A stretch of 62,381 nucleotides of DNA, counting the filler, from Chrysochromulina tobinii (lineage: Eukaryota): the NCBI GenBank assembly GCA_001275005.1. It is 4 parts of 4 records of this genome, joined end to end, with 100 filler letters (N's around TTAATTAATTAA, not from the genome) between each part and the next. Parts side by side here need not be neighbours in the genome. Positions count along the whole stretch, not along the records: positions 50,047 to 62,381 come from JWZX01001254.1; 3 more parts are not named here. One strand, 5' to 3'. Positions 54,089 through 62,381 of this stretch are shown in pieces (the first letter of the stretch is position 1; each line of letters begins with the position of its first letter). Under the pieces are notes generated by a model, which worked only from the letters and a program-made list of their open reading frames with translations, did no database searches and was not told the DNA's origin. A program made the translations under genes and the position numbers.

Positions 54089-56917
54089 TCAAGCTCCAAG
54101 CTCCGGAAAGGCAGGGGCCACGTTTTGGTACCAGCCGCGGTGGAGTGTCGCAGCGTTCTGCAGGCTGCCCATGCCGCGGGGCGCGTGCAGCAGCTGCATG
54201 TGTAGCCCGAGGCTGCCCTCGTCGTGCAGGAAGCCGCCCACTGCAACGCCCTCCTCTAGATTGAGCGTCGCATGCGCCCAGCTCGACGGCAAGTATACGA
54301 GACTCTCTGCCTCCTGCTCGCAGAAGATGTAGCGCTGGGCCCGCCCACCAGCGCGTTTAGTGCCGCCCTTGGTGTCGGCATTGGCGTCGGCCTTGGTGCG
54401 CCCGGTGGCGCCGCGCCCCAGCCACACCTTGTACCAGTCTGAATCGAGAGGATGCTGCCGGGCCACCTTGCCGAAGGTGGCCCGCGCGGGCGGCACGAGC
54501 GCCCAGAGCTTGCGCCCATAGATGAGAGCATTCCACACGGCACTGTGGTGGTGCATCGGCGTACCCGATGCATTCGGACCGACGAAGAAGTCGAGGCCTG
54601 CACGGGCTCCTCGGGAGCTGCTGCCCTCGTCGTACTCCTCGTCGTCTTCAGCGGAGGATACCGCTGTGCTGGCGCGGGCGCGGGCGCGGGCGCTCCGGAG
54701 CTTGCTGTGGCCCCTCAATGCCAAAGGCCATCGCACCTCCTGCTGCATCACGTGCAGCGCGCCGGGGTCCGATGGTCGATTGAAGGCAATCGGCCTGCGG
54801 ATCTGACCGGCGGCCGCGCGGCGTAGGTAGGGGCCAAGGAGGGTCTTTTCGCCCGGAAGGAGCAGCTGAGGTTCCCACGCGACCGTGGCGAAGGTGGCGT
54901 GGAACGAGTCGTGCCCTAGCGACTTTCGCGCAGGCCAGTCGGCCGTCACGTTACGCATCACGAATGGGCGGCCACGGCGCAGGTAGCGAGCCTCGAGCTC
55001 GGCGGCGCTGAGCTCATGCGCATCCAGCACGTCGAGCTCACATCTCGCTGTGGATCGAGTGCCCCCGAGCAGCTCCGCTCCTTCGGGAATGGGCGCCATG
55101 TCGAGCGCCATGTCGCGCGCCCCATCAGCACTTCCCACGCCGCCCTGCGAGCTGATCGCGTCTGGCCCGGAAGGAGGCGAGGCCTGCGGCGCGGGGACAA
55201 GGGCCGCAAGGTGGCGAGCCAAAGGCAAGCCGGCCGCGTCCGCCAACTCGGCGCCGCTTCGGCCGGTGGCATCGAGTTGCGCGAGCAGTGAAGCCAGATC
55301 AAGCTGCGGCTGGATCGCGTCGTGGGGCAGCGTCTGCGCACTGCCTGTCGCCTCCGCCGTCGCACCAGCTGCCGTCGCGGCCGGGGTCGCGGCTGGTGTC
55401 GCGGCCGCTGCTAATTGCACCAGGAGCTCAACGCTCGCGCCGCTCGCGGCCGCCACGTGGATGGGTGTCTGACGAAGCGCATCCGTCGCAATGGACGAGG
55501 CACCGTGATGGTAAAGAATCGACACCGCCGCCGCCTGCGCGTCAGCGAGCTCCGCTGTGAGATTGCGGCGCGTAAGGGGCGGCGCGAAGCCCAGTTGGGA
55601 GCGTGAGTGCGCCGTCAGCCACGTGCGAAAGGGTTGCGGGTTGAAGAGGTAGACAAGCAGCCGGTGGCGCTCGGCGCCGTGCGCGACGTAGTGCAGTGGC
55701 TGACGCCCGCGCCCGTCAACAGCGACGGCGCCCGCGCGCGCGCCGGCAACGAGGCGAGAGGGCGGCGTGCGGCGGAGCATCACGGCGAGTCCGTCCGCAT
55801 CCAGCAGAAATGAGGCCACATGCAGCGCGCTGATGGCGCCCGAGACGGCGCCCGGGACGGCGCCCGTGGGCCCCTCGCACGTCGGGTCTGCAGAGCTCGT
55901 CGGAGATTCCTGCAGAGACGGCGACAAGTGTGGTGCCGAGGCGCCCGCGGCCGAGGGCGAGGAGCGCGCCACCGCCCTATGGCCGCGGGTCCTCGGCGCA
56001 TCCCAATGGATCCTGACAAGGCGCAGCGCGGCATCTGTGAGTGCCGATAGGGTTACCGGTAAGGCGTCCGCGTCCTTCGAGCCGCCGCTGCCTTCAAATG
56101 CGGCGAGCGCGAGCATGCTCGCAAGAGCCTCTGCGGACGGTGCCTCCGCGAGTGCGCGCTCACACGCACCGAGGGCGCACAACGCCCGGACTACCAGCCC
56201 GTCCGAACGCGTCGTCGCGAGCAAGAGCAGGGCGCTCGAGGCGCCGCTGCCCTCGGCGACGAGCAAGTTGTCCTCCGAAGCGAGGCTCGCGCTCAGGAGC
56301 GCGTCGTCCTGATCGAGAAGCAGCTGTAGGGCCGCCGGCCAGTGGCGAAGCTCGCCACGCAGGCCGCCCTCATCCGCGTAACCACACGTCACTGAGCACG
56401 CCGTCGCTCGCAGTGTATCCTCGCCCGCACCGGCGATGAGCTCTCGGCTCAGCGCGCGTGCGTTGCTCGTTATGGCCGCATCACACACAGCCCGCGAGCC
56501 CAGGGTCTGCAGTCGGTGTGCCGTGTGGCCGAGCTGCCCGAGTGCTTCGAGGTGCTCGCAGAGCACACTCGGAGTGCGGCCGAGCAGCTCGGCCCATCGT
56601 TCGCGACCGTCGTCATCCAGGCTTGCGGCACATCTTCCTACATATTCGCCCACGAGTGCAAGCTCCTGGACTGAGATGCGGCACACTGCACAATGCAACG
56701 CGCTTTGGACCTCAGGCAGTAGCGGCTGCAACGAGTGTGCGGAAGAGCTCCTCGGATTCGACGAGCGCCTTGAATGAGGCCGCGCATGAGCGGATGGTAA
56801 TGCACCCGCTGCGTATGCAAGGAGCTGGACAGTCGCAGGTGCGCCGTGCGGCAGACGTTGCTGCAGGGTGACCAGCGCGTCAAAGTCCGTGGGGCCTAGA
56901 TGCTCGCACGAACCCAT
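54089..56917 (-). CDS. Ankyrin-repeat plus JmjC (cupin-8/JMJD8-like) protein; start uncertain
   Basis: Ankyrin-like DGRGRQPLHYVA and DALRQTPIHVAAASG. JmjC: YLRRGRPFVMRN..DWPA, FFVGPNASGTPMHHHSAVWNALIYGRKLWALVPP, CEQEAESLVYLPSSWAHATLN. Confidence 0.82.
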   Translation of the reverse strand: MGSCEHLGPTDFDALVTLQQRLPHGAPATVQLLAYAAGALPSAHARPHSRRSSNPRSSSAHSLQPLLPEVQSALHCAVCRISVQELALVGEYVGRCAASLDDDGRERWAELLGRTPSVLCEHLEALGQLGHTAHRLQTLGSRAVCDAAITSNARALSRELIAGAGEDTLRATACSVTCGYADEGGLRGELRHWPAALQLLLDQDDALLSASLASEDNLLVAEGSGASSALLLLATTRSDGLVVRALCALGACERALAEAPSAEALASMLALAAFEGSGGSKDADALPVTLSALTDAALRLVRIHWDAPRTRGHRAVARSSPSAAGASAPHLSPSLQESPTSSADPTCEGPTGAVPGAVSGAISALHVASFLLDADGLAVMLRRTPPSRLVAGARAGAVAVDGRGRQPLHYVAHGAERHRLLVYLFNPQPFRTWLTAHSRSQLGFAPPLTRRNLTAELADAQAAAVSILYHHGASSIATDALRQTPIHVAAASGASVELLVQLAAAATPAATPAATAAGATAEATGSAQTLPHDAIQPQLDLASLLAQLDATGRSGAELADAAGLPLARHLAALVPAPQASPPSGPDAISSQGGVGSADGARDMALDMAPIPEGAELLGGTRSTARCELDVLDAHELSAAELEARYLRRGRPFVMRNVTADWPARKSLGHDSFHATFATVAWEPQLLLPGEKTLLGPYLRRAAAGQIRRPIAFNRPSDPGALHVMQQEVRWPLALRGHSKLRSARARARASTAVSSAEDDEEYDEGSSSRGARAGLDFFVGPNASGTPMHHHSAVWNALIYGRKLWALVPPARATFGKVARQHPLDSDWYKVWLGRGATGRTKADANADTKGGTKRAGGRAQRYIFCEQEAESLVYLPSSWAHATLNLEEGVAVGGFLHDEGSLGLHMQLLHAPRGMGSLQNAATLHRGWYQNVAPAFPELGA

Positions 56918-57103
56918 TATTTGGCGCGGCCGGAACAACGCAGGTCCGGCAGTAGTGCCCGCGGGGGCAGGCACTACTGGGAACCACTCACGTTCTTGCC
57001 TTAGGATCTTCCTTCGTCCGTCTTGTTTTCGCGGTTCGGCGGGAAATTGCCTCGCTCTGTCGAACGCACCCAAGCTGGACGAGTCGTCCGCGACGCTTTC
57101 GGC

Positions 57104-60100
57104 ATGGATCGATTCCTCAAGAGGCCAACGACACAACAGCCAGCCGTCCCTTCCAAGCGCCCTCATGCATCGACTCCGGCCATGAGTACCACCATGGCCG
57201 TTGGCTCCCGGTTCACTGAATGTCCCATCTGCAATCGCAGCGTGCCACTCTCTCTTATCAACGAGCACATCGACTCGGGTTGCACTACCACCACCAGACA
57301 CGAGTCGATGCAACCGCCTGCGTTGGCACCACCTGCGCTGGCACTCCCGCCAGCCGACTCTCCGCCAGCCACCGAACATCCCATTTGCAGGCCACCACCC
57401 GTCACGCAAGCGCCTTCTGCGCATGCGCCATGCTCACAGCCATCGCCCATCACAGAACCGCCACCTCCCAAGGCAGCGGGACCAAATGCTTTCGAAGCGC
57501 TCAAACGTGGCGCCGAGGCACTCAAGCCGCGGCACGTCTACTGCACCCTACTTCCCGGCCCACCGCCTCGGCTGGCTTGGTCGACAGTCAGCGGTGGCTC
57601 GGCTGCGGCCGCGGTGGCGGAGGCTGCTTGGTCGTGTGAGGTCGACCTGCGCAGTACTCCTCCTGTCAAGCTCATCCTGCGCCAGGAGACGCCAGCCTCG
57701 GCCCTCGCGAGTGCTCGGGACGGCGCTCAGGACGGCGCTCACGACGGCGCGCACGACGGCGGGATGCCGCTGCCTGAATGGTTTGAACACTCGCACAGCG
57801 GCCTGCGGATCAGCCTGACGAACCTGAGCGTGCCCGTGCTCAAGTCGGCGCTCCAAAAGAACATCCGGCTGAGCCGTCCCATCGAGGCTCTCCGATGCGC
57901 CTGGGCTCTCCTCCGCCACGTCGACCCTACCGGTACGCTGATTGCTCCTCATGACCTCTGATGACTTCGGATGACCTCCGACGACCTCGGATGACCTCCG
58001 ATGACCTGCCTCATCAGGTAGCAGCCCGAGCGGCGCGGTGGAGCTCTTGCGTCGGCTGCCGATCATCGCGTTTGAGGATGGCCTACCGCCCCCGCTACTC
58101 GGGCCGCTCACCTGGCTGATGGTCGCTCACACGGCCAAGACGCCGCTGCCCCTCTCGTGCATGCATGTCAACCTGATACTTGCGGCCACGCTGCAGTTGG
58201 CCTCGAGCCGTTACCGAGAGCGCCTTCTCGGCGAGGGGCCGCGTGATGGCGCGCGTGCGCCGCTGCCGTCGCTCGCGGACCTCATCAATCTCGACGCCAA
58301 TCTCACGCCCTCCTCGAGCGAGATGGCCGTCGAGATTGCCGGGCGCCCTGGGCAGAGTGACGTTGAGGTCACTTGCGCGGCGTTCCGGGGCTGCTCTGAG
58401 GAGGACAGCGCGGCGGATGCGCGACTGGCGATGGACGTGGCTCGTGCGGCGCTGCTGCGAGCCGCGTACGGCGGCATGGGTGGCGACGTTGCCATGCTTC
58501 ACAAAGCGGTCACTACGTGGTCGGCGCGTGGTGCTGAGCAGCCGAGCGAGTCACTCGCGTGGGGTGCGCGGCTGCGCGCGTGCGCAAGAGAGGCTTTGAG
58601 CGGCCGCGTGCTCAGCAGCGGCGGCTCCGAGGGGAGCGCCGAGGGGAACGCCAAGGGGAACGACCGCCCAAGATTGACGCTCGAAGATGCGATCGTGCGC
58701 GAGGCGCTGGGTGGCAACGTGCGACCTCCGGAACCGAGCTCGAGTGGCAGCCCTCGTGGCGGCACTCGTGACGGCGCGGACGGACGGACGGACGGAGGCG
58801 CACGTGCACCTGGCGCGTCGCTCGCAGAGGCGGAGCTTCGACGAGCGATGCGCGGTGAGGGTGGGCTTCGATGGGGCGACGTGCCGCTCTCGTCTCTCGA
58901 CTTCCACTGCACGAATGTGCTCGACCAGGCGCTTGCCACTCCGGCCGTGCTCGCTTCTCTAAGGCAGGTCCTAGCGAGAGAGGATGCTGGAGCAGCGCCG
59001 TCAGAGGGGGCGGCCTTTGAGGCAGCCTTGGAGCCTGGCGCCCCCTCTGACGCCTCAAAGGCAGCCTTGGAGCTTGGCCAGCGGGCGATGTGGGCGTGCT
59101 CGTCAGCGCTCAACGTCAAGGAAGATTGGCTCGAAGGGAGGGCGCTAACGGCCAACCGAGGCGCGGCGGAGGGGATGGCGAGCTGTGCGACGGCTGGCGT
59201 CATCCCACCTGACTGGGAGCACCGCATGGCAGCCACTGATTGGTTGCGCGGCGTCGCCATCAGTCGGCTCGGCCTGACGACGAACCGAGCCGTGCAAGCG
59301 ATGCGATTGGCCGAAGAAGTCTCCGCCAAGGCTCAGGCGGCGGCGAGAGCCTCTGGCTCGGCATCGTCCTCTGCACAGGCGGAGGCGTCATGGGCGGCGG
59401 AGGCGGCGGCGGCGGCGGCGGCGGTCGCAGCGAGCGGCGAGTACCCCCCACGCGAAGCTTCCCTCCTAGGGAACGCGTGGGCTGCCATTGGCCCGCACTG
59501 CCGCATGGCCGCGTGCGAGACCCTACAAAAGCTGCTCGCCAATGAGATGCGACAGCGCGAGGCACAACAACGTCTCCTTGACGCGATGAGCCCCGGGCTG
59601 CTCCTCGAGGCGCCACCGCCACGCCACGTGGGCAGCACGAAGCCTGAGCCTCACGCGCACCTACCGGGCCTCTTCCTAGTGAAGGACTTTGTGTCCGAGG
59701 CGGAGGAGGCGGCCCTCATCGAGTGGTGCGTCTCGAGCCCAGCCTGGGGCACGCGTCTCTCTCTCTCTCTCTCTCCTCTCTCTCCTCTCTCTCTCTCTCC
59801 TCTCTCTCTCCTCTCTCTCTCCTATCTCTCTCTCTCTCTTTCTCTTTGTGTGTGTGTGTGCTGCCCACCGTATCAGCTGTGCGCGCGCGCGCGGCGCGCC
59901 TCCCGCTGCTTTCTTCTGAGCGCTCCCGCTCGGTCCTCTTCCTCTCTTGCAGGTGCGACTCGTGTGTCTGGCAGCCGTCGGCCGACAACCCATCCTCGCA
60001 GCCGCCGCCGCCGCCCACCAACCGCTGGCAGCTCTCCAAGTGGAACGCATCCGGTGCGGGCAACGAAGGCAAATCATGGGGAGCCAACACGCGATCCGGC

Positions 60101-60538
60101 TCGAGTGGACGATTGGCGACGCCCAGATTGGATCCGCTCCCGCCGCCGCTGCTCGCAGTAGCCAACCGGATGGCGAGCCTCGCCCCCCATCTGCTTGAAA
60201 GGGGCACCTGGAGGCCCAACCAGGCCAATGCCATCAGCTACACCAAGGCCAAGGGTCACTATTTGGGCGCCCACTGCGACGACCGGCAGCTCAGCGGGCG
60301 GATACTGTGCAACCTCTCGCTCGGATGCGACGCTGTGATGACGTACACGAACGACAAGGACAAGGAAGAGAAGCCACACCGCGTCGAGCTGCCGCGCCGC
60401 TCCCTGCAGTTCCAGACGGGCCAAGTGCGCTTCAACTATGCCCACGGCATTGCCAGCGAAGACCTGCGGGGCGAACGGCGGGTCTCGATCACCTTTCGCA
60501 AGGAGCAGATTGCATCCAAGGCCGCGAATAAAAAGTGA
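57104..60538 (+). CDS. UBZ4 zinc finger + RarA/MgsA-like helical domain + AlkB-type 2OG-Fe(II) dioxygenase (~1040 aa); introns 57933-58017 and 59726-59952
   Basis: UBZ4: CPICNRSVPLSLINEHIDSGC. Helical region: LKSALQKNIR...ELLRRLPIIAFEDG. AlkB: PGLFLVKDFVSEAEEAALI, PNQANAISY, HCDD, NLSLG, LPRRSL, HGI, RRVSITFR. Both GT-AG introns join the exons in frame. Confidence 0.82.
59757..59860 (+). repeat. Intronic (CT)n/(GT)n microsatellite
   Basis: Direct reading, within intron 59726-59952. Confidence 0.9.
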
Positions 60539-60737
60539 GATAGTGAGTGCAGGCGGCGCAGTGCGCCAGTTCGGCCGCACAAAATGCGCGGGACGCTGCG
60601 GAGCGCAATAGTCGATAGTGGAGACTAAACGTCGACGGCGTGCAGGTGCACAATAACAATCAACAAGTCACTCTCAACACATGATCGCACGCTACGGCCC
60701 TACAGCGAACACACGACCAGCGTCAGCGAACACCGAC

Positions 60738-61937
60738 TTACAGCGACATGGACAGCCCTCCGGCGGTCCCGCGCACCCACGTGATCCACGAGCCACGCGC
60801 ATGCACGCCGTCCCTCCGCGGCCCCTGCTCTCGACCCGGGTCCTCGTGCTCCTGCCGCCGAATCTCACGAATCTCGGCGGAATGCTCGCCTACGACGGGC
60901 TCGTGCGCATGCTCGTCCCGACTGGCGACGCGTGCGCTCAGGCCGCGCTTGAGCGGCGACGGGACCTTGATGGCGCACCCGCTTCCGGCGCACGCCGCCA
61001 CCGCCTTGCCCTGCACAGTCCCATTCTCCTTCGTGTTGTTGCGAGCTGGGGCGGCGTCGAGGTGGGCGGGCCCGAACTCCTTTGCAGCAACTGCTGCGGT
61101 GGCGGCAGCGCGCGGTGCTCCGCTCGTCTTAAGCTTGCGTCGCGCACGCACTCCTTCGGGCGTCATCTCCTTGGGCTTCTCCGGAGCCGCGCGACCTTCG
61201 GCGTCTCCGGAAGCGTTGCGCAGCTTCACGCCGGAAAGGTCATCAAGGGAGATGGCGAAGCCGCCTGCGAGCCGCGCTCCTGGCAGCGTGGAGGCGGCAC
61301 GGCGCTCCTCGGCCACGGGCAGGCGCATGGTGCTTGCGGCCGCGCTCCGAAGCTTCGATAGCCCACCAGCGAGGTCCGCCGCTGTCGGCAGCTGAGGCGC
61401 ACGCGGCGCACGCGGCGCCTGCAGCTGAGGCAGCGGCGGCGGCGGTGGAGGCGGAGGAGCGCCCACCCCGATTGGTGGCGGCAGCAGCCCTCCGGTCATG
61501 GGTGAGGGTGTCGGGGCTCTTGTTGCCACGATAGTCGCGATAGCGTCCGTTTGGGTCTCAACGCTTCTCCTGCCCGCGCTGCACTTGAGGCGTTCGAGAA
61601 GGGTTGCAGCCTCGCACTGAAGGGCTCGGCGTAGCTCCTGATAGTCGGTGCAGGTCTGTGCAGAGTTTTCCCTACACCTGAGTAGCTGACGGAGCACCAC
61701 TGCTGCACCCGCCGCGGCGATAAGGCTGGCCACGGCGCTTCGCGCGCGCTCGCGCCGCGACACGGCTGCATAGGCGCGGTGCAGCAGAGTCATCACGACG
61801 GCGCTTGATAGCGCACCAGAAGATAGGACGGCAAGTGTCAGTGATGGTGCTGGTCGTGTGTCCACCAGAGGAGCGGGCTTCTCGAGAGCGCGAGCGCGCT
61901 CTTCGAGAAGGGAGACCGCGATCTGATTGCTTACCAT
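60738..61937 (-). CDS. Hypothetical protein with two N-terminal hydrophobic helices, a poly-Pro tract and WH2-like motifs; 3' end uncertain
   Basis: Hydrophobic LTLAVLSSGALSSAVVMTLL and AVASLIAAAGAAVVL; APPPPPPPPLP; ADLAGGLSKLRS and ISLDDLSGVKLRN. Confidence 0.6.
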   Translation of the reverse strand: MVSNQIAVSLLEERARALEKPAPLVDTRPAPSLTLAVLSSGALSSAVVMTLLHRAYAAVSRRERARSAVASLIAAAGAAVVLRQLLRCRENSAQTCTDYQELRRALQCEAATLLERLKCSAGRRSVETQTDAIATIVATRAPTPSPMTGGLLPPPIGVGAPPPPPPPPLPQLQAPRAPRAPQLPTAADLAGGLSKLRSAAASTMRLPVAEERRAASTLPGARLAGGFAISLDDLSGVKLRNASGDAEGRAAPEKPKEMTPEGVRARRKLKTSGAPRAAATAAVAAKEFGPAHLDAAPARNNTKENGTVQGKAVAACAGSGCAIKVPSPLKRGLSARVASRDEHAHEPVVGEHSAEIREIRRQEHEDPGREQGPRRDGVHARGSWITWVRGTAGGLSMSL

Positions 61938-62381
61938 CGTGTTCAAAAGGCAAATGGTCGAAAAATGCTGTGAATGGCGAGGGAGACAAAGTTCAGTCAG
62001 TCAGTCAGGTTCGTCGCGGGAGACAAAGTTGAAAGGAGTTTCAGTCTTTCAGACTGTCCTGCAAGCAAGTAAGCAAGCAAGGAAGCAAGCTTGCTTACCG
62101 TCAGTCAGTTTCGTCGCGGTCCCCCCGCGCTCACCCACCGTCTCAAAGGACGGGAAAGGACGGCTCCGCTCCCCTCATTACACACTAGTTTCTTTCTTTG
62201 AAGTCAGAAAAGTGAAATACATGTAGGCGAAGGGGGAAATTCATGAGTTTATTTACTAACAAGTTTCTATTAATTACAGTTCACACTGCGGTCTGCTTAG
62301 CAACCGGGAAAAAATTGGGATGGACCAGTTTGTGTGGGACGTCCCAGCTTGGGTGGTGTGTCCCGGAGAGGGAGTGGGATG

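Noticed and set aside
56918..57424. N-terminal extension of the 1111-aa JmjC ORF
   Set aside because: Overlaps the UBZ4-encoding start of the opposite-strand gene and reads as non-protein-like.

Overview
GC-rich eukaryotic genomic DNA with spliceosomal introns (GT-AG and at least one GC-AG). It is probably from an alga with a secondary plastid: two genes have bipartite signal-plus-transit leaders. A haptophyte origin is my inference only. Three artificial 100-nt N spacers carrying TTAATTAATTAA split the window into four contigs, so adjacency across them is unproven. Confidently recognisable genes encode AP-2 mu adaptin, UBL5/Hub1, an EHD/RME-1 ATPase, a myosin, an FKBP-TPR immunophilin, a 2OG-Fe(II) oxygenase, an ankyrin-JmjC protein, a PDZ-IQ protein and an ARM-IQ protein. 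The most striking observation is a minus-strand gene (17523-20032) that appears to encode four complete aquaporin/MIP domains in one ~790-aa chain, i.e. a single-chain pseudo-tetramer with degenerate NPA boxes, interrupted by one 1-nt frameshift. Other notable items are a UBZ4 + RarA/WRNIP1-like helical + AlkB fusion, a chromatin protein with about a dozen domains, an FKBP-TPR fused to its own EF-hands, introns built from tandem repeats that include copies of their own splice donor, and recurrent intergenic motifs. All domain calls come from reading motifs by eye, not from database searches.
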